A stretch of DNA of 63,625 bases, counting the filler. It is 6 parts of 6 records of this genome, joined end to end, with 100 filler letters (N's around TTAATTAATTAA, not from the genome) between each part and the next. Parts side by side here need not be neighbours in the genome. Positions count along the whole stretch, not along the records: positions 1 to 18,859 come from DRR723986_10402; 5 more parts are not named here. One strand, written 5' to 3'. The notes under the pieces are model-generated. The model saw nothing but the letters and a program-made list of their open reading frames with translations. It was not told the origin of the DNA and made no database searches. This document shows positions 1-10,039 of this stretch, one piece after another; position 1 is the first letter of the stretch, and every line of letters begins with the position of its first letter. A program made the position numbers and the translations under genes.

Positions 1-193
1 AGGCAGCCTGCCTGCAACCGGCGCAGCCGCAGAAACTTTCTCGGCACTGAGAAATCCGGCATGCATTCTTTGTTTGTAGTACCGGCTTCAGCCGGATTGC
101 TAGATCTTCCATTGCGTTTGATTCCGCCTAAAGGCGGTACTACGAACAGCAAACCGGAGCCACACTCCCGGCGGCGGTGACGGCCGAAGGAGC

Positions 194-640
194 TCAAGCC
201 TGTTTTGTATCTAGGGCTGCGAGTTGCTTAGAGGCCCTGTCGGTGAGAGGTTCACTTGCGCCCGAGGCGTCTGTGTCAGTCAGATTTACAAAGAGCGTTG
301 TCAGCAAGCCGTTTACAAAGCTGAAGACAAGCACCCAAAACAACACGCCGGAGTTTGGGCGTAAGCCCACGATGCCAAACACGCTCTTCACTGCGAATTC
401 GTTTCCGAAGAGGGCAATTGCAACGGGCAAAAGCACACCAACGCAGAAAGTTCGCCGCGAAGCGGCAGTAACGTTGATCAGCCAGCAAAATAGCGTTGAT
501 AGAATCGCCGCAGTGCAAAATGCCAGGGCTGCGAACAGTGGAGGTGCAAGCCACTGGGATGCTCCGGGGAGTAGGAAGCACGCGAGAATGTTCAATATGA
601 CAATTGCCGCAACGAAGGACGAGGCAACTTGCTTAAGCAT
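194..640 (-). CDS. Hypothetical integral membrane protein (about 4 TM segments)
   Basis: ORF 194-697; the ATG at 640 has a GAGGAG RBS upstream; four hydrophobic stretches; co-oriented downstream of the DUF3592 gene. Confidence 0.6.
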   Translation of the reverse strand: MLKQVASSFVAAIVILNILACFLLPGASQWLAPPLFAALAFCTAAILSTLFCWLINVTAASRRTFCVGVLLPVAIALFGNEFAVKSVFGIVGLRPNSGVLFWVLVFSFVNGLLTTLFVNLTDTDASGASEPLTDRASKQLAALDTKQA

Positions 641-720
641 GAAACTTTTCTCCTCAATATTGAGAAAGGCTATGACACTTGACCACGAGCGCCGCACAGC
701 AACCTGGGCTCATCCAGCAG

Positions 721-1233
721 CTAATCCAGCACCCTAAGATTGTCCAGCAACACAGCGTCGCCACTCAATCCAATCCACCAGAGCAGGCAGAATCCGGTTG
801 TAAAGCCCAGCCAGAGAATTCCGAAGGCAATCACAAACTTGATTGAACTGTGGATTCCATAAGACAAGGCCGAATGCTCTGGATTCGTCGGATTGTACCT
901 GACTTCGACCTTAGATGCATTACTCAGTTTGGCGTAGATCTTCTCGTGGTTTTCGCGAACGTTGCTCTGAGCGTAGCCAAAGGCAAGCGTCTTGCCTTCA
1001 TACTCACGGCCGTTGACCGCGTACTCATATCGAACGGCGACTCCATAGGTATCTCCATCTTCGCCGCCGCTGGTTTCCAGCTTGCATTCCTTCAACGCAC
1101 CGACGCAACCAGGCCAACTTTCTGCCTCCACCGACCGCTTCAGGCTGAGGAGCCCGTAGCCGGTCAATCCAATTCCAATCGCAAAGAACAGCCCCATAAA
1201 CGCGACCGGAAACCAAACGCCGACTTGCATCAT
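721..1233 (-). CDS. DUF3592-domain membrane protein
   Basis: N-terminal TM, 'SWP..G.(l)', 'VRYEYAVNGREYEG', 'VEVRYNPTNPEHSAL', C-terminal TM: typical DUF3592 pattern. Confidence 0.8.
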   Translation of the reverse strand: MMQVGVWFPVAFMGLFFAIGIGLTGYGLLSLKRSVEAESWPGCVGALKECKLETSGGEDGDTYGVAVRYEYAVNGREYEGKTLAFGYAQSNVRENHEKIYAKLSNASKVEVRYNPTNPEHSALSYGIHSSIKFVIAFGILWLGFTTGFCLLWWIGLSGDAVLLDNLRVLD

Positions 1234-1254
1234 TTTCCCTTTGTCCTGGTGGAT

Positions 1255-2226
1255 TTATAGTACATCGCAACGACAGCGCTCATCTCGCCTGATGGGCTCA
1301 GCCGGAAAGACCTGTTGCAAGTTCGCTTGCCGTAGTCTCTTACGACGTGGCTCAGAGCACGCCGCGCAATGCCCTTGTAATGCGTCCCAGTCCCACAGAT
1401 CTGCGGTGACGATTGTACGAAAAGCTGCAACCTGTTGCATCAGTCGCTCCAGAGTTTGAAGCCGCGGCAGTCCTACCTGTCCCTTGCTCTGCAGGTGTTC
1501 AATGGCTCCATTTCCGGATCGGAGCGGGATGACACTCACGTGCCGACACCCGCACTCTTGGGCAAATTCGATGGATCTAATGCACCATTGCAGCCCCTCT
1601 TCCTCGCTCATTCCCGGCGGGCGAAGCAAAACGAACGCCCTAACGTCAACGCCGTTCTGCTGGGCCCAATCACATGCACGACGATAATCGTCGGTTGTCA
1701 TGGATTTGTTCAGCAGCTCAAGCGTTGGCGGATGGCAGGTCTCCAGCCCTTGTGCGAGCTCGAGAGTGCCATCAATTTGCGCAGAGAAGTCAAGGATTGC
1801 ATCTGTGGTCAGCTTGGGGTGATTCTCCACGATGACCCGGTCGAAGTGGCGAACGAGCTTTGCGATTTCGGCAAGAGCGCGCTTGGGAACATTCGCCGTC
1901 GAGAAAAAATTTGAAGCATTGTAAAGCTTGATCCACGAAGGCGGATTCTCGACAGCCGAAAGCCGCTCGACACCATACCGCACCTGGGCAATAATGTCGT
2001 CCGCACCGGTGGGTGCTGTTGTCGTATACTTCCAGAGGTCACACATCAGGCAGTGAAATCGACATTCACTACCGACCATGAAGACAGTACCGACAGAACG
2101 TGACTCCCTGGACTTGTCGGCAGGTTCCCACTCGGTCGTCACGTCCAACGGGCGAGTCGTTTGCGTGGGGCGTTTGACCTCCGGACGCAACGCGACGATT
2201 TCACTGGTAGTCAGTTTCGGAAGCAT
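1255..2226 (-). CDS. Radical SAM protein, RaSEA/TIGR01210-like (Elp3-related)
   Basis: CxxxCxxC (CRFHCLMC), 'WIKLYNASNFF', 'AQGLET', C-terminal CAAC and CRC cysteines; start moved to the ATG at 2226 to avoid overlap with comF. Confidence 0.75.
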   Translation of the reverse strand: MLPKLTTSEIVALRPEVKRPTQTTRPLDVTTEWEPADKSRESRSVGTVFMVGSECRFHCLMCDLWKYTTTAPTGADDIIAQVRYGVERLSAVENPPSWIKLYNASNFFSTANVPKRALAEIAKLVRHFDRVIVENHPKLTTDAILDFSAQIDGTLELAQGLETCHPPTLELLNKSMTTDDYRRACDWAQQNGVDVRAFVLLRPPGMSEEEGLQWCIRSIEFAQECGCRHVSVIPLRSGNGAIEHLQSKGQVGLPRLQTLERLMQQVAAFRTIVTADLWDWDALQGHCAACSEPRRKRLRQANLQQVFPAEPIRRDERCRCDVL

Positions 2227-2282
2227 CACAATTCTGGAATCATCATCGTTGGCGGCGACCTTGTTTGACGGGCCAATCGACC

Positions 2283-3077
2283 ATGGACAGTAAATCAAGC
2301 GTACCAGCGAAAGTCGCTCACAGCCTTCGATTCATAGCGGGATTGGCGGACGTCATTGTGCCACCGCAGTGCGTCTTCTGCAATCAACCCACCGGCGGCG
2401 ATTCGATCTGTGGTGTTTGCCACCAGCGATTGGATCGTGCGTACTATCGATGCGACTTCTGTGCAGCTCCTTTGCCGGCGGTCGTCCCCAATCACGACTG
2501 CTTGAAATGCCGCGGGAAACGCTGGCGGTTCTCCAAGGTTCTCACGCTGGGCGTGTACTCAAGTCCGCTGAGTGACATCGTGGTTGAGATGAAGCAGGTT
2601 TATGCTGCCACGCAGCGGCGGATCATTGGCGGCCACTTGGGCGAGATAGTCAGGGCCAGGGCAGAGAGTTTGGGTTCATCGACTAATCGCCCAATCGTAC
2701 TTCCCGTCCCCAACCACTGGACGCACCGATTTACCGGAGCTGCCAACACGGCTTGGGAGCTCAGCCAGAGTGTCGCCGACCGGGCAGGACTGGATTGCAA
2801 AAGCGGATTGATCCGCAGAATCCGACGAACTGCTAAACAGGGGACTCTTCCTTGGAGCGAAAGATCGACAAATGTTCGCGGTGCATTCACCCTCCGCCGG
2901 GCACATCGCCTAAGCGGAAGGCATGTTTTCTTGGTTGATGACGTGTTCACAAGCGGGGCGACGGCAGCAGAAGTCACCAAAGTACTGCTTGCTGGCGGTG
3001 CATCAGCTGTCGACATTGTCGTGGTGGCCCGTGGTACAGGCATCAAGACCGTCAACGAGCCTAAACAGGCCCCGTGA
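2283..3077 (+). CDS. comF: ComF-family double zinc ribbon / phosphoribosyltransferase-like protein
   Basis: Four CxxC pairs at the N-terminus; PRPP-binding loop 'VFLVDDVFTSGAT'. Confidence 0.85.
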   Translation: MDSKSSVPAKVAHSLRFIAGLADVIVPPQCVFCNQPTGGDSICGVCHQRLDRAYYRCDFCAAPLPAVVPNHDCLKCRGKRWRFSKVLTLGVYSSPLSDIVVEMKQVYAATQRRIIGGHLGEIVRARAESLGSSTNRPIVLPVPNHWTHRFTGAANTAWELSQSVADRAGLDCKSGLIRRIRRTAKQGTLPWSERSTNVRGAFTLRRAHRLSGRHVFLVDDVFTSGATAAEVTKVLLAGGASAVDIVVVARGTGIKTVNEPKQAP

Positions 3078-3322
3078 AGTCGCTGCGCTAGAATTCAACA
3101 GTGCTCCGTTTCACTATGTCGGTTAGTTTTCAGGGGCTGAGTACTCTTGTGGCCAAGAGCGGCACTGGCGTAGAAAGACGCGACAGCCTATAGAATGTCA
3201 GTCTATGTGGTAGCTGGCCCGCTTGCGTAGCGCAGAATCAGTCACGAAGCGGCACGTGGCGGCGACCGCGACTGGTCGAGAGTTTCCTTCGAGTTCATTT
3301 CCTTCTACTCCAAGTCCCGACG

Positions 3323-4315
3323 ATGGTTGAACCAACCGATTCAAAAGCCGAAGAAGCGACGATTGAGATCGAAGCCAAAGTTGGCAAGAAGCCAAAATCG
3401 AGCCTGCAAAGAGCTATCTGGCGCGGATGCAGCATCATCGCTCCGCCGCTAGTTACGCTGCTGCTGCTCATTTGGATCGTCAATGCGGTGGAACAATATG
3501 TTCTTCTCCCGCTCGAATCTGCAGGGCGAACCGTACTAGTTTGGACGACATCCGACATCGTGCGGTCTTTGCCTGCTGGCGCTGAATTCATCGACGTAGA
3601 AGAGGGCGAACGCAAGAAGTTCAAATTCGGTGGATTGACGTACGTTGAAGCGCCCTTGGGTGGTCGATACCTGCCAGAGTACGTCGTCATGTGGGTCAAC
3701 CACCGGCTCGACCTACTTCCCGAAGGAATGCAGAACCCTCTGTCAGCAACCAACTACTATCATTCGTACGTAAAACTGCGATACATGCCGCGGCAGTTTA
3801 CGATTCCACTGCTCCTATTGGTGCTCTTCTTTGTTCTCTATTTCGTGGGACGATTCCTTGCCGCCGGAGTAGGGAGGTTCTTTGTCACTGGCTTCGAAAG
3901 AGTTATCAACAAGTTGCCGCTAGTTCGCAATCTCTACTCGTCCGTCAAACAAGTTACGGACTTCGTGCTGAGCGAACGGGAGATTGAATTCACCAGAGTG
4001 GTTGCCATCGAGTACCCTCGAGTTGGAATTTGGTCGCTTGGGTTCGTAACCAGTGATAGTATCCCGACACTCAGAAATGCGTTGGGAGAAGAAGTAGTCA
4101 GCGTCTTTATGCCCACATCACCGATGCCGATGACTGGTTTTACCGTGAATGTTCGCAAGCGAGAGCTGATCGATATGGAACTGACGATCGACCAGGCGAT
4201 TCAGTTCATTGTCAGTTGCGGTGTCGTTTGCCCTCCGCCAGGCGCGACCCGGGTCCGGAATACGAATCCGAAATTGATCAACGCCGAAGAGTTAGACGAC
4301 GTCGAAGAGCAATAG
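3323..4315 (+). CDS. DUF502-domain membrane protein
   Basis: 'LPLVRNLYSSVKQV', 'VAIEYPRVGIWSLGFVT', 'VFMPTSPMPMTGF' signature segments. Confidence 0.85.
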   Translation: MVEPTDSKAEEATIEIEAKVGKKPKSSLQRAIWRGCSIIAPPLVTLLLLIWIVNAVEQYVLLPLESAGRTVLVWTTSDIVRSLPAGAEFIDVEEGERKKFKFGGLTYVEAPLGGRYLPEYVVMWVNHRLDLLPEGMQNPLSATNYYHSYVKLRYMPRQFTIPLLLLVLFFVLYFVGRFLAAGVGRFFVTGFERVINKLPLVRNLYSSVKQVTDFVLSEREIEFTRVVAIEYPRVGIWSLGFVTSDSIPTLRNALGEEVVSVFMPTSPMPMTGFTVNVRKRELIDMELTIDQAIQFIVSCGVVCPPPGATRVRNTNPKLINAEELDDVEEQ

Positions 4316-4373
4316 CATCTTTCAAGCACTTCTCCCAGAGGTCGCCGCGGCTTTACTCTTTGGCGCGGATTTA

Positions 4374-5252
4374 TTATTCGGCGGCGGCTCGTGCGATGAC
4401 CGTTGCGGATGCGTCACCGCAAGATAGTTTGGTGCCGGGGTCAAAGTTGCCTCGCTTCAAGATAGCGAGAGCGACGGCCCGTTTTTCGCCGGTTGCCTGG
4501 ACGCTGGTCAGCGTTCCGGCGGGCTTGCCGTCGGCACCGAGCTGGCTTGTTTCGGACGCATCCGCGTCGTAATTTTCGAGTTCGACAAGGCACAGCTTCT
4601 TCTGAAGTTGACCGCGTGCGTCAAGTCGGGCGATAGTCTCCTGTCCCAGGTAACAGCCCTTTGTAAAGGAAATCGCGGTGTCGTCGCGGTCCATCTCCTG
4701 CGGGATCGTCTTTTCGCCAATTTCAAGCGCTTGGAAAGGCCACATCGCCCGAATCCTCGCCTCAGCGAGTGCGGCGTCGCTGGCAGGATTGAATCCCGCC
4801 TGCTCCAGATTAGAGAGGTTGGATGCCAGGTCGCCATTTGCGACAACGACAAGTCCGCTGTCGGGGCCAACGACCGTCGCCGGAACGACAGCAACTGCCG
4901 AAGTGGCCTCAAGGGCTTTCACGGCACTGGAGCAATCCGAGACAACTACCAAAGTCGTTGAATCGGAATCGTTGCTAATCACTGCGTCTTCGCGAATGAT
5001 ATACCGATCGATGTGATCGGCAATCTCCTGAGCGGCGGAATGCTGACAAAGTAGCGATACTCCGTCTGCGGTGCGGAGGCACATCCCGAACGCGACACTC
5101 CAGCCGCGAACGTTCGTCACGAAACCTTCGCAGCTTTGCCCCGGCTGAAGGCTCACCACATCGTTGGTGAAGAGGTTGTTCAGCACTTTTGCAGCGTCAT
5201 CGCCCGTTAATCGAATAACAGCCGACTGCGGCAGAGTCTTAAACCAGTTCAC
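4374..5252 (-). CDS. ygfZ: YgfZ/GcvT-family folate-binding protein
   Basis: Signature 'ISFTKGCYLGQETIAR'; N-terminal 'IRLTGDDAAKVLNNLFTNDV'. Confidence 0.85.
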   Translation of the reverse strand: MNWFKTLPQSAVIRLTGDDAAKVLNNLFTNDVVSLQPGQSCEGFVTNVRGWSVAFGMCLRTADGVSLLCQHSAAQEIADHIDRYIIREDAVISNDSDSTTLVVVSDCSSAVKALEATSAVAVVPATVVGPDSGLVVVANGDLASNLSNLEQAGFNPASDAALAEARIRAMWPFQALEIGEKTIPQEMDRDDTAISFTKGCYLGQETIARLDARGQLQKKLCLVELENYDADASETSQLGADGKPAGTLTSVQATGEKRAVALAILKRGNFDPGTKLSCGDASATVIARAAAE

Positions 5253-5333
5253 GGTGCTGGAGCCCTTTAACGATGCCTAAGAATCAACAAGCTGATTAAA
5301 ACCTTCGGGACGTTCACCATTGTCCGGCTGCGA

Positions 5334-5795
5334 CTAGGCTTCGTCGCTGGCTCGCATTGCGGGCGTGAGCAAGAGCTCGTGATCGCAGAATTCTGCCGCG
5401 TCGAAGTAGAGGTCCAGCTCTCGCGCCGCGCTTTCCGGACTATCCGAAGCGTGGACGAGGTTCATTTGACGCGAGCTCGAGAAATCGCCACGAATCGTCC
5501 CTGGAGCTGCATTGAGACCGTTGGTAGCGCCCAGCATGTCGCGAATCACGCGAATCACATCTAGACCTTCGACGGCCAACGCAACGATCGGCGCTGACGT
5601 GATAAAGTCCTCGAGACTCTTGTAGAACGGCTTTTCAACGTGTTCGGCATAATGCTGCTTGGAAAGTTCAGGCGTGACTCGCAGCATCTTCATCGCCACG
5701 ATGTTCAACCCCTTAGCTTCAAAACGGGCGATGATCGTGCCCATTAATCGTCGTTCTACACAGTCAGGTTTTAGCAATACGAGGCTACGTTGCAT
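5334..5795 (-). CDS. ndk: Nucleoside diphosphate kinase
   Basis: 'LKPD', 'HYAEH..KPF', 'APGTIRGDF', catalytic 'NLVHASDS'. Confidence 0.97.
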   Translation of the reverse strand: MQRSLVLLKPDCVERRLMGTIIARFEAKGLNIVAMKMLRVTPELSKQHYAEHVEKPFYKSLEDFITSAPIVALAVEGLDVIRVIRDMLGATNGLNAAPGTIRGDFSSSRQMNLVHASDSPESAARELDLYFDAAEFCDHELLLTPAMRASDEA

Positions 5796-6217
5796 CTTCA
5801 GTTTCTCCGATAGCTAGATTGTTTTTGTCGCCGGTTTTTATATTTCAGAACGGGCCCTGAACGAGAACAGAACTCTTCGCAGACCCCGAAAATCCTTTGG
5901 ATTAATCCAAGAGCGAAGATTGTCCACCAAATCGGCTTCATGCAAAGGGGCGTTCTCCGCCGAAGCGGTCTGAGCCGAGGAGATTCGATCTGGTCTGATT
6001 GCCTTCGCTTCAACCTTTGGAAACGGGCCTGCTAGAAAGTGTCCGTAGCTTCCCCAGTTGCGGCCACGCTGACGACCATTTTTAAATCGGCTCAGCGAGC
6101 CTCGAACGAAGAAAGTGCGCAATAAAAAGGGGCGGTCAGCGCCAATCACGCACACCACCCCTCGTTGTCTCTCACACGTATCCACTGATGACGCTCTGCT
6201 TGCACTGAATCTGACGT

Positions 6218-7462
6218 TTAGAACTTCAAACCGAGAGATTTCAGACGCTTTGCGGTCTCGGCCATCAGCGCATCTTCGTCAGCTTCTGTCGGGGCTTCGT
6301 AGGTGACGGAGAATCGCAAGAACGGCCCCGCCTCAGTCCAGGGAACGGTGATGATTGATTGCTCAGTAATCAAGTGCTGGCTGGCCTCCTCCGAATCGGC
6401 AAAGCTCAAGCCCGACTCCGTGCCGACAGGTGCCTTGGTGTAAAGGAAGTATGTTCCACCTGGCATGCTGCATTGGAATCCGACGTCCTTCAGCATCGTG
6501 ACGAGTTTTTCCAATCGTCGCTTGTACTTCGCATGGATGCCGTCGGGAATCGAGTCATCGTCCAAGGCAGTTGCTGCGGCTTTCTGAATCGCCGGGAACT
6601 GACCGCTGTCACAATTGTCTTTTACGTCGGCAAATGCACGCACCAGAGTTTCGTTACCGCAAACCCAGCCAATTCTCCAGCCGATCATATCGAAGCCCTT
6701 ACTCAGCGAGTGGACTTCAACGCCAACATCCTTGGCTCCCTCGACGGACAGAAAACTAAGCGGTTCGGAGTCGAAGGAAAGTACAATGTGCGCCGCGTCT
6801 TGGACAACGACGAAATCGTGCTTCTTCGCCAGCTCAATGACCTGGGCATAGAATTCGCGCGTCGCTGTTTTACCGGTTGGGCTGTTGGGATAATTGAGCA
6901 CAAGCAGCTTGGTTCGCTTCCAAGTCTCGTCACTAATACTGCTGAAATCCGGGAAGAAGTCGTTTTCCTCCAGCAACGGCAATGGGTGTACCTCACCACC
7001 GTAATACTTCGTGTGCGTCCCCGCGACAGGGTAACCCGGCACGGTCATCAGCGTTACATCGCCGGGATTGATGAAGCAGCCGGGAATGATCGCGAGGGCG
7101 GTCTTACTGCCGATGCAGTGATTGATCTCGGTAGTTGCGTCGAGTGTGACGCCGAGTCGTCGTTTCATAAACCGGGCGGCTGCATCCTTGAACTCTTGGA
7201 TGCCGTTGTCAGCATATCCGCGGTTTCCGGGATCGTTGACTTCCACAGCCATTGCTGCACGTACCGCTTCCGCCGCCATCGAGTCATTCTCGCCGATGCC
7301 GAAGTCGATCAATTGCCGGTCAGGATAATCCGCAAGCGCCTTACGCTTGGCGCGTTTGATCTTCTCAAACTTGTAGATCGCGGTGCCCTTACCGTAGTTG
7401 GAACCACCAATTCGGTCGGCGAATAGTTGCTGAAAGTAAGGATCTGCCGTCGCTGTGCTCAT
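6218..7462 (-). CDS. dapL: LL-diaminopimelate aminotransferase (PLP class I/II)
   Basis: 'LNYPNSPTG', PLP lysine motif 'SLSKGFDMIGWRIGW'; N-terminal 'FADRIGG..YGK..IYKFEKIKRAK' resembles DapL proteins. Confidence 0.8.
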   Translation of the reverse strand: MSTATADPYFQQLFADRIGGSNYGKGTAIYKFEKIKRAKRKALADYPDRQLIDFGIGENDSMAAEAVRAAMAVEVNDPGNRGYADNGIQEFKDAAARFMKRRLGVTLDATTEINHCIGSKTALAIIPGCFINPGDVTLMTVPGYPVAGTHTKYYGGEVHPLPLLEENDFFPDFSSISDETWKRTKLLVLNYPNSPTGKTATREFYAQVIELAKKHDFVVVQDAAHIVLSFDSEPLSFLSVEGAKDVGVEVHSLSKGFDMIGWRIGWVCGNETLVRAFADVKDNCDSGQFPAIQKAAATALDDDSIPDGIHAKYKRRLEKLVTMLKDVGFQCSMPGGTYFLYTKAPVGTESGLSFADSEEASQHLITEQSIITVPWTEAGPFLRFSVTYEAPTEADEDALMAETAKRLKSLGLKF

Positions 7463-7960
7463 CGTATCTTCAACTTGCAATGAATAATGTCGATCGTTAA
7501 GGGCGTCGGAGGAGTGCCGCGCATGGACATCCGCTTAGGAGTCTAGAAACGCAACGTTCCAGCACTACTCCGGCTCGGTAACCACCAAAAAAGACTACCG
7601 GCAGTGTTCGTTTTCGGCAACCGCTCCAGCCAGCTACCCCAAAATCAAGCCCCGTTTGCCATTTCAATTCTCATCATTGGGTACCCCGGAAACAGTATGG
7701 GCTGTGTAGCGAGCAGGGTGATGATTCTGAAAGATTAATACTCGGCGAAACGAGACAGATCAAGAACTGGAATATTCACCTTAAAAGAGTCTCAACCAGA
7801 CCTGAAGCTGGTGGCTCGTCCATTCGACCCGTGCATACACGGCGATGCATCAGCGACAGACTGTGCAACAACACCGACGGGCAAATTATCGCGGGAAATC
7901 GGTTACACTCTCTATCATCGTCTCCTTATCGACTCATCACTGTTCGCTCCGGTTGGGCCA

Positions 7961-9415
7961 ATGAATCCTCAATTCCGCGGTGGCAACAGCCGTCTGCTGA
8001 CCCGCGCTCTTGAGCAAAAGATGTTGCCCACTGCGGTTCTGGATGCGGCCGGCACGATCGTCTATGTGAATGGACGATTGTGCGAGCTCATGCAGCTCGA
8101 TTCAACATTGTTGGTGGGAAAGGAGTGTAGTTGGAAAGTGCCGCAGGACCGAGAACCTGCCGGTCTGCTACTTTCTGCCCTTGCTCCGCCTGAGAGTGCA
8201 CGCGAAGGAGCGATAGCCGCGCGAAAATTCGCGACGCCTCCAATTTATGGATCCGACATCGATGCACAGCTCTTCATACCGCTCACAGACGATATCGGTG
8301 CGATCTCGTTGACAATCGTCTTGCTCGGTCGCTGGGAACAGATCCAACGCCAGTTGCCGCAGGCCGATTCGACGGCTCGGGCAGCAGACGTGCACGCTGC
8401 CATAGTGCAAATGCGCGCCAAGCATACTTCGCTAGACAACCTAGATGCACTCTATGGTACAAGCCCGCTTTCTCGGCTCGCTATGCAGCGATCTCAACTG
8501 GCAACTCAGGCCGACGTGGATGTTCTGGTCAGCGGGCCTGAACAGATCGGAAAGTCTTCGGTTGTTAATGCGATTTATGGTAGCAGGCTAGCCAAGCAAA
8601 ACATTCGCCCACTGATGGGCACGATTGTAACCATTGACGGCGAAGTGGTCGGTGTTGAACAAGTGCTCGGGCAACTTGAAGTGCTCCTTTCTCGCTTCCG
8701 GCCGGAAGCGGCCAAAGCTGCCAACTCGCTCTATGTTCGTCGAATGGATCTGTTGGATGAATTATCGATGAGCCAAATCATTGGCTTCGTTAACCAACAT
8801 TCGTCGCGGTGCACGTTCTTTGCAAGCGTTACGCCGGAGGGGCGGAAACAGTGTGAATCCAAGGACCCTGCATGGCGCGATGCTTTTGCGCGGATCGGTG
8901 CGATCGAAATTGATATCCCAGCCTTGGCAGAGCGGCGGGAAGATTTGCCATTATTGACCCAACACACACTCGCGAAAATCGCCGATGAACTAGGGCAAAC
9001 GCCCCACCCCATTCGTCCCACCGCGATGGAACTCCTGAGCGCCTATCCATGGCCCCGAAACTTTGCTGAACTCGATGAGGTGCTGCGTTATGCGGCAGGA
9101 CACTGCGTCGGTGATGAGGCAATTGACGTGACCCATCTGCCGATCGGAGTAAAGGCCTTTCCAGGCACAGTTCATCAGCCCGGTGCTTCGGCAGTGGAGG
9201 CGGTGAGCCTGGATCAGATTTTAGAAGACGTCGAACGGGAAGTCATCCGTCGAGCACTCGATGCATCACCGCGCAATCGCGCAGGCGCAGCTCGACTGCT
9301 TGGAATTAGTCGACCGCGCCTACTGCGTCGAATCGAACTATTGGGGCTGTCCACACCGAAGAAGGATCCTTCCGACTCATTGTCGGACGATGGACGCACC
9401 GATAACGTAGAATAG
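7961..9415 (+). CDS. PAS - degenerate AAA+ (sigma54-activator-like) - Fis HTH regulator
   Basis: PAS-like 'AVLDAAGTIVYVN', Walker A-like 'SGPEQIGKS', 'IPALAERREDL', 'AYPWPRNFAEL', Fis HTH 'NRAGAARLLGISRPRLLRRI'; no GAFTGA; start uncertain (7811 or 7961). Confidence 0.8.
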   Translation: MNPQFRGGNSRLLTRALEQKMLPTAVLDAAGTIVYVNGRLCELMQLDSTLLVGKECSWKVPQDREPAGLLLSALAPPESAREGAIAARKFATPPIYGSDIDAQLFIPLTDDIGAISLTIVLLGRWEQIQRQLPQADSTARAADVHAAIVQMRAKHTSLDNLDALYGTSPLSRLAMQRSQLATQADVDVLVSGPEQIGKSSVVNAIYGSRLAKQNIRPLMGTIVTIDGEVVGVEQVLGQLEVLLSRFRPEAAKAANSLYVRRMDLLDELSMSQIIGFVNQHSSRCTFFASVTPEGRKQCESKDPAWRDAFARIGAIEIDIPALAERREDLPLLTQHTLAKIADELGQTPHPIRPTAMELLSAYPWPRNFAELDEVLRYAAGHCVGDEAIDVTHLPIGVKAFPGTVHQPGASAVEAVSLDQILEDVEREVIRRALDASPRNRAGAARLLGISRPRLLRRIELLGLSTPKKDPSDSLSDDGRTDNVE

Positions 9416-9453
9416 AGAAGTATTTTTTTCGAAGCCAACGAGCGAACACTACG

Positions 9454-10017
9454 TTGATGAGTAGCCTGAATCCTTACGCACCGCCTGAAAGCGAACTTGA
9501 CCCTAGTGGCACGGATCAGCCGACGATCGGTCGAGCGTGGAAAGAAGGCGATAATCTGGTAATCGGTCGAAATTCTCTACTTGGCACGCGATGCTTTGCC
9601 ACAGGCGCCGAGACGCTGCGGCACATCACAATTCAAGTTGATCACAATCCGCGTTGGATCTATCCACTTGCCGTTCTCGCGATAGTGCCATTTCTAGTGG
9701 CTCGCGCCTCGACTCGAAAAAGTGCTGAACTGACCATCCCCATTGCGCCTCACGTATATGCTACTCATCGCAAGCGTGTCAACATCGGGTTGCTCCTGTG
9801 CCTGGCTGGATTCGCTGGCGTGGTCGCTGCACTCAACGTCGGATTCCCATTCCTTGTTCTGGTTGCGTTTATCGCTGGCGTCGTTGGATTCGCACTATCA
9901 AGTCGTGAACCTGTGCAGATCAAGGTCGTCTCGTTCAAAGATGACTTGCTCAAAGTGAGTGGAGTCCACCCAGTTGCACTGGAGGCATTTCCCGATCGGG
10001 CGACGGTCGAAGCATGA
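9454..10017 (+). CDS. Hypothetical membrane protein
   Basis: N-terminal 'NPYAPP' motif common in planctomycete membrane proteins; about 3 TM segments. Confidence 0.65.
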   Translation: MMSSLNPYAPPESELDPSGTDQPTIGRAWKEGDNLVIGRNSLLGTRCFATGAETLRHITIQVDHNPRWIYPLAVLAIVPFLVARASTRKSAELTIPIAPHVYATHRKRVNIGLLLCLAGFAGVVAALNVGFPFLVLVAFIAGVVGFALSSREPVQIKVVSFKDDLLKVSGVHPVALEAFPDRATVEA

Positions 10018-10039
10018 TCGGTACATCCTGCCCAGTATG

